Positions 9,451 to 18,676 of a DNA stretch of 64,000 nucleotides are shown here, one piece after another. The DNA comes from an uncultured Candidatus Binatia bacterium (GTDB lineage Bacteria > Desulfobacterota > Binatia > HRBIN30 > CADEER01). The stretch's first letter is position 1; each line of letters starts with the position of its first letter. The stretch is taken from assembly GCA_965216585.1 (NCBI GenBank), contig CBDCGC010000002.1:483160-547159 (forward strand), in the 5' to 3' direction. The notes beneath the pieces were generated by a model. The model did no database searches, was not told the DNA's origin, and worked only from the letters and a program-made list of their open reading frames with translations. The position numbers and the translations under genes are program-made.

Positions 9451-9520
9451 CACTCCATCTGCGGCCATCTGCGTTCATCTGCGGACAAATCAATCGGACA
9501 ACCGGACCCCCATCTGCGGA
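9451..9520. repeat. Right terminal inverted repeat of the RM/Abi island; 4 copies of CATCTGCGG/T (9456-9464, 9466-9474, 9476-9484, 9511-9519)
   Basis: Reverse complement matches the left repeat at 379-410 (tccgcagatgaacgc[a/c]gatggccgcagatgg). Confidence 0.6.
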
Positions 9521-9524
9521 TTGG

Positions 9525-10370
9525 CTACCGCCACGGTGGTCTCTTCACCGCGGGTCCGCGGAACGTCGAGTATTGTGCCGCTGACATCTCGAAGAGATCG
9601 CGAAGGGTCTCCGGTTCGGCGGCGAAGTGTTCTTCGTAGGCGGCCAATCTGCGGCGGAGATCCGCGGATAGGTCCGTGCAGAGGTCGGCGACGTCGATTC
9701 CGTGTGCCGCACCGAGCAGACACATGGCGAAGTAGTCGAGCTGGGCGTCGTTGTTCTTGATGCGCCAGGTCTCGGACGCCGATAGCGCCTCGCAGCGATC
9801 GGTGGCGACGCGGACGGGAACGACTTTGTCGCAGCCGCTGCCCTCCGCGGCGGGTGCGACAAAGATGATCGCATCCTCGCCGTCGAGCCGTAGCGGATGA
9901 GGAATGTAATGCGCCGAGGTGTAGCCGAGAGTGTCATACAGCGATCGGCGATAGTCTGCGGATCTCCCCGAGGCGGATCGGCTCAAGCGGCGCAGCTTGC
10001 CGGCGACGTCGCCCTCACTGAGCTCGACGAGCCTTTGCATCGCGTCGGTCGAATAGCCCTCGCGCCGCGACAACAGCGGCAAACCGGTCGCATCGACGTC
10101 GAATGCCAGCGCCTGCGGAGAACGCCCCATCTCTTCGGCCGCCACAGCGCGGGCGGTGATCGGCCGGCTCCTGTCGCGCCGGTCGACGACCGCCGCCAGC
10201 CGGTCGGCATGTAGGGACTGCTTGGCGAATCCGCGCCACGCGTTGCTCAGCTCCACCCGGCGCGGACGGTGCAACACCAGGTCGCCATCGCGGCCGAGGC
10301 CGTAGGCGCTCATGAGCGAGCCGTAGCCGATGACCGTCGTCCATTGCGACATCGCCGCCAACGCTCCCAT
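9525..10370 (-). CDS. ChaC/gamma-glutamylcyclotransferase-like family protein (hypothetical)
   Basis: 281 aa. N-terminal VIGYGSLMS motif resembles the GGCT/ChaC YGSL signature. Remainder unassigned. Confidence 0.45.
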   Translation of the reverse strand: MGALAAMSQWTTVIGYGSLMSAYGLGRDGDLVLHRPRRVELSNAWRGFAKQSLHADRLAAVVDRRDRSRPITARAVAAEEMGRSPQALAFDVDATGLPLLSRREGYSTDAMQRLVELSEGDVAGKLRRLSRSASGRSADYRRSLYDTLGYTSAHYIPHPLRLDGEDAIIFVAPAAEGSGCDKVVPVRVATDRCEALSASETWRIKNNDAQLDYFAMCLLGAAHGIDVADLCTDLSADLRRRLAAYEEHFAAEPETLRDLFEMSAAQYSTFRGPAVKRPPWR

Positions 10371-10439
10371 TCGTTCGCCATCGGCGCAATGCCGCCGTGC
10401 GCGCCTTGCACAGTTTTTACTGTCGGGTAGAAACGACGG

Positions 10440-11612
10440 ATGGACTACGATCTGACCCCGGAGCAGGAGGCGTGGCGAGCCGAGGTGCGGGCGTTCATCG
10501 CGGAGAACCTAAACGCAGACCTGATCGCCGAGCAGCGCGCCGCCGGCAATGAAGGGCGTGGTCCGTTGGCGCGCAACTTCGTCCTCGCCATGCGCGATGC
10601 TGGATATTGGGGGCTCGCCTGGCCGGAGGAGTACGGTGGTTCCGGTCGCAGTGCGCTCGATCAGTGGATCTTCGTCGAAGAGCTGCAGGCCGCCGGCGCG
10701 CCGATGTTGCCACTCACCGTCACCTCGGTGGCGCCGACGATCATGCGCATCGGCAGCGAGGAGCAGCGCCGCGAGTGGTTGCCGCGCATCACCGCGGCCG
10801 AGGTCGACTTTGCCGTCGCCTATTCCGAGCCCGACGCCGGCACCGACATGGCGGCGCTGCGCACCAGGGCGGAGCTCGACGGCGACGAGTGGGTGATCAA
10901 CGGCCAGAAGATGTGGAACACCATGGCGCACCAGTCGACGCACAACTGGATCGCCGTGCGCACCGAGCCGGATGCGAAAAAGCACAAGGGCATTTCGATG
11001 ATGATCGTGCCGATGGACGCGCCCGGTGTCACCGTGCAGCCGATCTACGTCTGGCCGGGATTGCGCACCAATGCGCTCTTTCTCGACAACGTGCGGGTGC
11101 CGCGCGATCACCTGGTGGGCGAACGCGGACAGGGTTTCTACTACGCGGCCATGGCGCTCAATTTCGAGCGCCTGGCGATCGGCTCGGTCGGCATGGTGCG
11201 CCGCTACTTCGCCGAGCTCGTCGCCTGGGTGCGCGAGGCGGTGGTCGACGGCCAGCCGCTGCGCCGAGATCCCTGGGTGCGCGATCGCCTGGCGCGCCTG
11301 TTCGTCGACATCGAGGCGGCGCGCATGCTGGGCCTGGAAACGGCGTGGGTGCTGAGCAAGGGCGACGTCCCCGTCGCGCAGTCGTCGATGGCCAAGATCT
11401 TCGTCTCCGAGCTGGCCCACCGCGTCGCCGATGCCGGCACGGAGATCCTCGGTTTGGCCGGACAACTGCATCCGCAGGAAGCCGAGTCGCCCTTGCACGG
11501 GCGCATGCAGTGGCTCTACCGCACGGCGCCACTGCTCGCCTTCGGCGGTGGTACCAACGAAGTGCAGCGCACCATCATCGCGACGATGGGCCAGGGCCTG
11601 CCGCGCAAATAG
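10440..11612 (+). CDS. Acyl-CoA dehydrogenase
   Basis: 390 aa. ACAD N-terminal, middle and C-terminal features (WPEEYGG, QKMWNT, ...). Confidence 0.85.
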   Translation: MDYDLTPEQEAWRAEVRAFIAENLNADLIAEQRAAGNEGRGPLARNFVLAMRDAGYWGLAWPEEYGGSGRSALDQWIFVEELQAAGAPMLPLTVTSVAPTIMRIGSEEQRREWLPRITAAEVDFAVAYSEPDAGTDMAALRTRAELDGDEWVINGQKMWNTMAHQSTHNWIAVRTEPDAKKHKGISMMIVPMDAPGVTVQPIYVWPGLRTNALFLDNVRVPRDHLVGERGQGFYYAAMALNFERLAIGSVGMVRRYFAELVAWVREAVVDGQPLRRDPWVRDRLARLFVDIEAARMLGLETAWVLSKGDVPVAQSSMAKIFVSELAHRVADAGTEILGLAGQLHPQEAESPLHGRMQWLYRTAPLLAFGGGTNEVQRTIIATMGQGLPRK

Positions 11613-11623
11613 AGGGGCCGAGC

Positions 11624-12700
11624 ATGCATCCCGAAGTGAGTGAGGAACAAGCCGAGTTGAAAACCTCGGTCGAGCGTTTCTGGCGCCAGCAGGTGAACGC
11701 CGAGAAGCTGCGGGAGTGGGAGAGCAACGGCCCCGACACCGGGACCTGGCAGACCATCGCCGCATTGGGTTGGTTCGGCATCGCCGTGCCGGCGGCGATG
11801 GGAGGCAGTGGCCTGGGCATCAGCGAGGCCGCTTGCGTGCTCGAAGAGTGTGGGCGCGGCTTGCTGCCGCCGCAGATCACCCACGCCATCCGCGCCGTGT
11901 CGACACTGGCGCATCTGGATGCCGCGGCTCCCGAGCTGGCGGAGCTCGCCAGCGGCGCGCGCCGGCTGACACTGGCGATCGACGAGCGCGCGGCGCGCTC
12001 TGAACGACACTTCGCGACGCGCCTGGACGCGAATCGAGTGAACGGTGAAAAATGGTGCGTCGTCGATCCGGCGGCGGACTGGCACCTGGTGGCCGCCCGT
12101 GCCGGTGCCGGCGATGGCGAGATCGCGCTGGTGCTGGTCGACGGTAGCGCGGCGCAGACCTCGACGTTGCGCACTTTCGACGGCGGCGTGCAGGCAGCGG
12201 TGCGCTACGACGACGTCGCCGTGGCGCGTGTCGTCGCCACGGCCGGGCCGGCGGCCGAGACCTTGGCAAGGGTGCGGCGCCTGCAGACCGCCTTGGCGCT
12301 GGCGGAAATGCTCGGCGGCATGCAAGGGGCGCTGGAAGCGACGGTCGACTACGTCAAAGAGCGCGAGCAGTTCGGCCAGAAAATCGGCGTCTTTCAGGCC
12401 GTCCAACACCAAGTCGCCGACATGTCACTGGCCTATACGGCGTCGCGACATCTGGTGTGGCGCGCCGTCAGCAGGCTGGCCGTCGATGCGGCGCAGGGCG
12501 TCGATCTGGAAACCGCCGCCGCCTTCGTCGCGCGGTCGTTCAAGGACGTCACGATGACGGCGCATCACCTGCACGGCGGCGCCGGCTACGTCGTCGAGCA
12601 CCCGCTCCACTACCACTCGGAGCGCGCCCAGGCGCTGGCGATCCGCTACGCACCGGAAGCGCCGGCGTTGAGCGCTGTTGCAGGTTCGTTGCTCGACTGA
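11624..12700 (+). CDS. Acyl-CoA dehydrogenase family protein (second, divergent subunit)
   Basis: ATG at 11624 in the frame of MHPEVSEEQAELKTSVERFW... C-terminal GGMQGALEATVDYVKEREQFGQKIGVFQAVQHQVADM is the ACAD C-terminal domain. The longer 697-aa ORF in another frame is an artifact. Confidence 0.7.
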   Translation: MHPEVSEEQAELKTSVERFWRQQVNAEKLREWESNGPDTGTWQTIAALGWFGIAVPAAMGGSGLGISEAACVLEECGRGLLPPQITHAIRAVSTLAHLDAAAPELAELASGARRLTLAIDERAARSERHFATRLDANRVNGEKWCVVDPAADWHLVAARAGAGDGEIALVLVDGSAAQTSTLRTFDGGVQAAVRYDDVAVARVVATAGPAAETLARVRRLQTALALAEMLGGMQGALEATVDYVKEREQFGQKIGVFQAVQHQVADMSLAYTASRHLVWRAVSRLAVDAAQGVDLETAAAFVARSFKDVTMTAHHLHGGAGYVVEHPLHYHSERAQALAIRYAPEAPALSAVAGSLLD

Positions 12701-12712
12701 TCGGCGCTTCGC

Positions 12713-13066
12713 TCAAACTTCTTCGAGCTCTTCATCGAGCGGCAGCGACAGGCTCGGTTTGAGCACCGTGTCGAGCAGGGCGAGGACGAGGCTGGCCAGC
12801 AGGAGTCCGAGCAGTCCCGGCCAGGAGTAGTCGTCGATCTGCGTTGCGCCGGTGATGAGGGGCAGGGCGGTGAGCGCGATGGCGGCGACGACGGCGGTCA
12901 TGGCCAGCGGATTGGCCGACACCTTGGCCCGCACCGCCCGGCAGATGAGCGACGAGAGGAGAAACAGACAGAGTGCCGTGAAGAAGTAGTATGGGAACAG
13001 GATCAACCAGTGCATCTGGTATTGCTTACTCGTACCGCCGGCAATGTCAACGATTGCCGCCGGCAA
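12713..13066 (-). CDS. Small hydrophobic membrane protein (hypothetical)
   Basis: 117 aa with 3 predicted TM stretches. Start may be the internal MHWLILFPYYFF. Confidence 0.35.
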   Translation of the reverse strand: MPAAIVDIAGGTSKQYQMHWLILFPYYFFTALCLFLLSSLICRAVRAKVSANPLAMTAVVAAIALTALPLITGATQIDDYSWPGLLGLLLASLVLALLDTVLKPSLSLPLDEELEEV

Positions 13067-13072
13067 GGCGTG

Positions 13073-15097
13073 TCATTGTTCGACCAGATGCATCGGCTGC
13101 AGAATCTCGGCTGGGATGTCGTCGACGAAGCGCGACGGCTTCGACAACACCATGCCGGCGGCGCGATCGTAGAGGTTGATCGGGTAGCAGATGTAGAGGT
13201 TCTGCTTGGCACGTGTCGCCGCGACATAGAGCAGCCGCCGTTCCTCCTCGAGCTCCTCGTCGTCGTGCATGCTCTGCATCGACGGAAAACGGCCATCGAC
13301 GGCCCAGAGGATGAAGACGCTGTGCCATTCGAGGCCCTTGGCCGAGTGGATCGTCGACAGCGTTACCAGACCCTCCGGCTCGTCGACCGCCATGACGTCG
13401 CCGACGCTGTCGCTCGGCGGCTCGAGAGCCATGTCGGCGAGCAGCGCTTCGAGGCTGCCGTAGCGGGCGGCGATCGAGATCATGTGCTCGAGGTCCTTGC
13501 CGCGCTTCGGGTAGTCGTCGCGGTGCAGGTGCTTGAGATGCGGGTCGTAGTACTGGAGGACGAGGTTGAGCTGTTCCTCGGGTTTGACCCCGGCCCTGCC
13601 GAGCTGGCGCAGCAACCCGGCCAGGGCGCGCAGAGCAGTCGAGTAGGAGCGGCCGGTCTCGGCTTCGAGAACCTCGGCGGCGTCGGTGCTCGCCGTCAGC
13701 TCGGCCGTCAGCGCCTGTGCCCGGCGCGGGCCGATGCCCTCGAGGAGGAGGAGGACGCGATGCCACGAAACGGCATCGCGCGGGTTGGCGACGACGCGCA
13801 GGTGGGCCAGGGCGTCTTTGACGTGGGCGGTTTCGATGAACTTGAAGCCGCCGCGTTTGACGAAGGGAATGTCGTGCCGGGTCAGCTCGAGCTCGAGATC
13901 GAAGGAGTGGAAGCTGGAGCGAAAGAGAACGGCGATCTCGGGCAGCTCTACGCCTTGCTCGCGCAGCTCGAGAATGCGCTGGCAGACGAAGCGAGATTGG
14001 TAGTTCTCCCCTTCGGCGGCAATCAGTAGCGGCAACTCGCCGTCGCCCTTGCGTGTGAAGAGCGTTTTCGAGTAGCGCTCGCGCGCCTTGGCAATGATGT
14101 GATTGGTGACGTCGAGAATCGGTTGCGTGCTGCGGTAGTTCTCTTCGAGGGCAATCACCTGCGCACCGGGGAAGAGATCGGGAAAGTCCATGATGTTGCG
14201 AAAGCTGGCGCCGCGGAAGGCGTAGATGCTCTGGGCGTCATCGCCGACCGCCATGACGTTGTCGTGCTGCGCGGCGAGCAGGCGGACGATCGAGGCCTGC
14301 AGCGGGTTGGTGTCCTGGTACTCGTCGACCATGATGTAGCGGTAGCGCCTCGACAGCTTGTCGCGCACCTCTTCCTGCGTTTCCAGCAGGGTGTGAAGCT
14401 TGAGCAGGAGATCGTCGTAGTCGAGGAGCTGGCGCTCCTCCTTGTAGGTGACGTACTCGCTCTGCAGGGCGATCAAGTCGTCGGCGTGGTCGATGAGGTG
14501 GGAGTAGGAGTCCTCGAGAAGATCGGCGAGGGGCCGCGACTTGTTGACCGCCATGGAGAAGATCGAAGCGATCGTCTGCTTGCGCGGAAAGCGCTTTTCC
14601 TTCTTGTCGAAGCCGAGGCGAGCGCGGGCGAGGTTGATGACGTCCTCGGAGTCGCCGCGATCGAGAATGGTGAAGCCGCTGTCCATGCCCAGCGCCTTGG
14701 CGTTGCGGCGCAGCGCGATGTTGGCAAACGAGTGGAACGTACCGCCGGCGACTTCGTCGCAGCGTCCGTCGAGCAGGGTGCTGGCGCGGCGCAGCATTTC
14801 CGCCGCCGACTTGCGGGTGAAGGTCAGCAGCAGGATCGAGCGCGGATCAATTCCCAATTCGACCAGGCGGGCGACGCGAAAGACCAGGGTTCGCGTCTTG
14901 CCGCTGCCGGCGCCGGCGATGACGAGGACCGGACCTTCCAGCGCCGTCGCCGCCGCCAACTGCGCCTCGTTGAGCAGTTCTTGGTAGTCGATGCGAAAGC
15001 GCGCCTCGGGTTGAGGTTGCGGCCGCAGTACGTAGGTGCCTGGTCGTGACATGATGCTCCAGCGCTCGACTTTGGCGGGACGAGGTCCGACGGTCAA
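13073..15097 (-). CDS. uvrD: ATP-dependent DNA helicase UvrD/PcrA family
   Basis: 674 aa. Walker A AGAGSGKT, UvrD-like helicase motifs throughout. Confidence 0.85.
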   Translation of the reverse strand: MTVGPRPAKVERWSIMSRPGTYVLRPQPQPEARFRIDYQELLNEAQLAAATALEGPVLVIAGAGSGKTRTLVFRVARLVELGIDPRSILLLTFTRKSAAEMLRRASTLLDGRCDEVAGGTFHSFANIALRRNAKALGMDSGFTILDRGDSEDVINLARARLGFDKKEKRFPRKQTIASIFSMAVNKSRPLADLLEDSYSHLIDHADDLIALQSEYVTYKEERQLLDYDDLLLKLHTLLETQEEVRDKLSRRYRYIMVDEYQDTNPLQASIVRLLAAQHDNVMAVGDDAQSIYAFRGASFRNIMDFPDLFPGAQVIALEENYRSTQPILDVTNHIIAKARERYSKTLFTRKGDGELPLLIAAEGENYQSRFVCQRILELREQGVELPEIAVLFRSSFHSFDLELELTRHDIPFVKRGGFKFIETAHVKDALAHLRVVANPRDAVSWHRVLLLLEGIGPRRAQALTAELTASTDAAEVLEAETGRSYSTALRALAGLLRQLGRAGVKPEEQLNLVLQYYDPHLKHLHRDDYPKRGKDLEHMISIAARYGSLEALLADMALEPPSDSVGDVMAVDEPEGLVTLSTIHSAKGLEWHSVFILWAVDGRFPSMQSMHDDEELEEERRLLYVAATRAKQNLYICYPINLYDRAAGMVLSKPSRFVDDIPAEILQPMHLVEQ

Positions 15098-15442
15098 TCG
15101 CTATCCGGCTCTTGACCGGGCTTCGGTCGGCCTCGGTCCATCGGTGTGCGGAATACCGTACGAAACGCCCGTACGGGAATGCTCATCCTTTCTCACACCC
15201 GATCTCAGCGACGGCTCGTCGGTTTCATCATTGGGTTCGGTCGAGTCGCGATCAAGTCTCGTCGAATGTTCTGCTTGTCGTGATAAGGTGTTCCAGCGTC
15301 TCATCGACGGCCGCAGGCGGTGCATCGTTGTGCAAGCACTGGTTGCGAAAGCCCTCGATGTCGCCCTCGCCCGGACGCTGCTCCTCGCCGTCCACGGCGA
15401 GGTTTGTAGTGGCAACCCATCGCGGGGCCATGACGACAAATG

Positions 15443-16252
15443 TCAATCACATTGCAAAGAAAGAGCCTCCTCGATCCACGCCGCGAGTCTGCCTGCAATA
15501 ACCTCGACCCGGACTCCGTGTTCGTTAGAGTTTTCGTCGAACTTGGAAATGGAAACCAGCCAACAGCGCGTGGCCCAACGGAATTCCGTGTAGCGGTGCG
15601 GGCGTGGAAAAAACCGCCTTTCCCACAGCGCGGCCAGGTCGCCACGAAATCCGCGCAACACCTCGGGCGTAGCCTCGGAGCGAATCGCGGCGATCGGGCC
15701 AGTCGCGTCGTTGTATCGACGCATATTGACCTCCGCATGAGCTGAGCGACCCCAATCGCAAGTGAAGGAGTAGCGTCCGTTGGGCAAGTCAGCGGCAAGG
15801 CGCGCTGTTGAGCACGCGGTAGCTGTCGCGCCCAAGAACCGTTGCCACAGCGGATTGTCGAGGTCGGGCGTCGGCATGGAGGTCCGCGTAACCGTAGGCC
15901 AAGGCGTGAGCGTGATAGTCGGCGTGGCCGTTGGTGTCGGCGTTGGGCAACCGTTCAGGGATGCACGGACCGCCGCGATGATCTCAGAGATTGAGATCTT
16001 CCGATCAAAATCGAGATCGCTCGCCGAACACACGGCGTCACTACCGAGTGCGATGCCAATAGTGCGTGTGAGTTCAGCAACGGATACATCTCCGCTTCCG
16101 TTGCAGTCACCTGGACAGGCTGTGAGGGGGTGTGGCGAGAGTCCCAGTGTGACTGCCAACGCGATAAACACTCGGCTCCAACAAAATCGAGACTCACAAC
16201 GCTGCGACATCTTTGATCCCACGATTGCTTGCCTGACCCATGGCAGTGTCAT
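15443..16252 (-). CDS. Secreted protein with N-terminal dockerin-like Ca-binding repeat and a PT linker (hypothetical)
   Basis: Signal-like N-terminus, CPGDCNGSGDVSVAELTRTIGIALG, linker PTPTPTATPTITLTPWPTVTRT, then an unassigned ~150-aa domain. Confidence 0.5.
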   Translation of the reverse strand: MTLPWVRQAIVGSKMSQRCESRFCWSRVFIALAVTLGLSPHPLTACPGDCNGSGDVSVAELTRTIGIALGSDAVCSASDLDFDRKISISEIIAAVRASLNGCPTPTPTATPTITLTPWPTVTRTSMPTPDLDNPLWQRFLGATATACSTARLAADLPNGRYSFTCDWGRSAHAEVNMRRYNDATGPIAAIRSEATPEVLRGFRGDLAALWERRFFPRPHRYTEFRWATRCWLVSISKFDENSNEHGVRVEVIAGRLAAWIEEALSLQCD

Positions 16253-16401
16253 TGCTGACTACACGCAGGAAACGAACACGAGAACTGATACAGGCTCTCA
16301 CACTTGCCCGTATGGATTGCAAGGCCGATCCTTCAGGACTGTCCGGGTGGCAGCTGCACAGGCTAAATTGGCTTGAGGGAAATCGGGACAGACCCCTCTC
16401 C

Positions 16402-16603
16402 GAGCATTTAACCTCAAAGAAAAAATAATCCGCGAGGGAGAACGCGTCAGAGAGTGCCAGATGTGGCCGAGCGCAGCTTTCGGCAAGCGGAGTGTAGTCC
16501 ATCCTACATGAGCATTGCCGAGGGCGAGCACGGCCGCAGATGGCGCTCTATGGCGCGAGCTCGTGGCGTTTCTCGCCGTGGATTATTTTCTCTTTGAGGT
16601 TAA
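16402..16603. repeat. ~42-bp imperfect inverted repeats (16402-16445 / 16561-16603) around a ~115-bp spacer, in the lower-GC region upstream of tusA
   Basis: cctcaaagaaaaaataatccgcgagggagaacgc versus gcgtttctcgccgtggattattttctctttgagg (reverse-complement match ~85%). Spacer contains GGCCGCAGATGG. Confidence 0.5.
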
Positions 16604-16729
16604 GTGACTGAATCACTCTAAGTTTCTCGAACAAGGAGGGGCCTGTCTCCATTTTCCCGGCAGCGATATCGTCATCCGGTCGCTGGATCTTGCACGGGCG
16701 CATGCCGAGAATGCTGGAGATGGCGCACG

Positions 16730-16981
16730 GTGGCGAGCCAGCGTATTTTGTGTTTGATGGATGTGAAAAACGAGCTCGATTTGCGCGGTATTCCCTGTCC
16801 GCTTTCCTGGGCACATGCCCGCGTGCGGCTCGACGCGATGAAAAGCGGACAGCGGCTGGTGGTGATCCTCGACGAGGAACGCGGTGCCCGCGACATTCCG
16901 GCGGCCGCCGAAGCTGCCGGCTATTGCGCCGTCAACACCGAGCGCGACGGAATAGTGTGGCGACTCGAGATCGAGGTGTAA
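16730..16981 (+). CDS. tusA: TusA-like sulfurtransferase (SirA/YedF/YeeD family)
   Basis: 83 aa. LDLRGIPCPLSW contains the CPxP motif. SD GGAGGGG lies upstream. Confidence 0.7.
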   Translation: MASQRILCLMDVKNELDLRGIPCPLSWAHARVRLDAMKSGQRLVVILDEERGARDIPAAAEAAGYCAVNTERDGIVWRLEIEV

Positions 16982-17200
16982 CGGCTACAGGCTTCTTCCC
17001 GCGCCATGCCGCCAAGCGAGACTCGAGGGATGATACGAGAAGCGAAGGGGAGTGACTACCTTTTTCGCTTGAGCCAACTCGTCGCGAAGTTCATCACTTC
17101 TTGGCGCGAGAAGTGTTCGTCCCTCGAGGGCAATGCGCCGTGCTCATTGAGTTTCTGCGAAGCACGTCACTGTATGATCGCATCCCGGTCTGGGTCGACC

Positions 17201-17728
17201 TCAGTCGAGCATCATGTGGATGCGCTTGTTGTCGTCGACGGTCGCCAGCAGCTCGGAGATCGAAACGTTGAGGGAAGGGTGGATGAGCTGCGGCGCCAGC
17301 TCGGCCAGCGGTGCGAGCACGAAGCGGCGCTTCGGCAGGCGGGGGTGCGGCAGCTTGAGGTTGCGCTTGTTGAGCACCTCGTTGTTGAAGAGAAGGATGT
17401 CGAGATCGATGACGCGCGAGCCCCAGCGTTTGCCCTTGACGCGGCGGCGGCCCATCGCCTCTTCGATTTTCTTGGTGTTCTTGAGCAGATCAGTCGGGTT
17501 GATCTCGGTTTCGAGCTCGACGACGGCGTTGACGAACCAGGTCCTGGCGTCGCCGTGCGGTTCGCTTTCGTAGTAGGACGATGCCGCGACTACCCGCGTG
17601 TCAGGCAGCTCGCCCAGCTTGTCTCGCGCTTCCCGGCAGTTGGCCTTGCGATCGCCGAGATTCGAACCGATTCCAATAAATACCCGGTGGGGCATGCCAG
17701 TTGACCTCCCCGCATCCGCCTCTTCCAC
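17201..17728 (-). CDS. folK: 2-amino-4-hydroxy-6-hydroxymethyldihydropteridine pyrophosphokinase (HPPK)
   Basis: VFIGIGSNLGD...SSYYESEP...VIDLDILLF are HPPK signatures. Start may be the internal MPHRVF. Confidence 0.8.
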   Translation of the reverse strand: MEEADAGRSTGMPHRVFIGIGSNLGDRKANCREARDKLGELPDTRVVAASSYYESEPHGDARTWFVNAVVELETEINPTDLLKNTKKIEEAMGRRRVKGKRWGSRVIDLDILLFNNEVLNKRNLKLPHPRLPKRRFVLAPLAELAPQLIHPSLNVSISELLATVDDNKRIHMMLD

Positions 17729-17872
17729 CTCACCTCAGACCGGAATCCCGCCGCGTCCTGCTGTGCTGGCGGGGCCAACCTGACCGAAAATGCAGGGTTT
17801 TTATACAGATCTATACGGGCGAGTGCAAATTGACCGCTTGGTCGGGCGGTTTTCGACCGGGCGCGCCGCGGT

Positions 17873-18676
17873 TCATAGACCCAAGACGTCCCTCATTCCG
17901 TAGCGCCCGCGCGGTCGCTCGGCGAGCCACAGCCCGGCGCGCACGGCGCCGCGCGCCAGACAGTCGCGGCTCTGCGCCCGGTGAGTCAGCTCGATGCGTT
18001 CGCCGAGGCCGGCGAAGAGCACGGTGTGATCGCCGACGACGTCGCCACCGCGCAGGGTCATGATGCCGATCTCGTCGTCGCCGCGGGCGCCGACCATTCC
18101 CTCGCGCGCCAACACGGCGTCGCCGTCGAAGTCGCGGCCCATCGCTGCGGCGACGGCGCGACCGAGGGCGAGGCCGGTGCCGCTCGGCGCATCGACTTTG
18201 TTGCGGTGGTGCATCTCGACGATCTCGGGGTCGAAGCCGTCGCGCAGGTGCTTTGCCGCGGCGCCGACGAGCTCGAGCAGGACGTTGACGCCGACGCTCA
18301 TGTTCGGCGCGATGATGGTGCGTGTCTGTCGTGCCAGCACATCCAACTCTTCGCTCTGCGCCGCCGTGAAGCCGGTCGTGCCGATGGCGATGCCGCTGCC
18401 GACCTTGGCGGCGATGCGCAGGTGCTCGAGCGACGCGTCCGGTGCCGTAAAGTCCAGAGCGACGCTGGGCGGCGTGGCGACCGTCTCGTAGGAGTCGCCG
18501 ATCGCAACTCCGAGCTCGCCAACTCCGGCCAGGGTGCCGGCATCGATGCCGATGGTCGGATTGCCGGCGCTTTCCACGGCGCCGTGCAGGTGAGCGTTGG
18601 GGTTCTCTTGAATCAAGCGAACCAGTGCTCGGCCCATGCGCCCGGCGGCACCGCAGACGATGAGGGGCGTCGTCAT
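17873..18676 (-). CDS. dapB: 4-hydroxy-tetrahydrodipicolinate reductase
   Basis: 267 aa. N-terminal NAD(P) motif CGAAGRMGRAL and DapB core. Confidence 0.9.
   Translation of the reverse strand: MTTPLIVCGAAGRMGRALVRLIQENPNAHLHGAVESAGNPTIGIDAGTLAGVGELGVAIGDSYETVATPPSVALDFTAPDASLEHLRIAAKVGSGIAIGTTGFTAAQSEELDVLARQTRTIIAPNMSVGVNVLLELVGAAAKHLRDGFDPEIVEMHHRNKVDAPSGTGLALGRAVAAAMGRDFDGDAVLAREGMVGARGDDEIGIMTLRGGDVVGDHTVLFAGLGERIELTHRAQSRDCLARGAVRAGLWLAERPRGRYGMRDVLGL

Noticed and set aside
10607-12700. 697-aa + strand ORF spanning both acyl-CoA dehydrogenase genes
   Set aside because: Out of frame relative to the recognisable ACAD proteins. High-GC read-through artifact.
17006-17704. 232-aa + strand ORF opposite folK
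   Set aside because: Antisense to a well-supported HPPK gene. No motifs.
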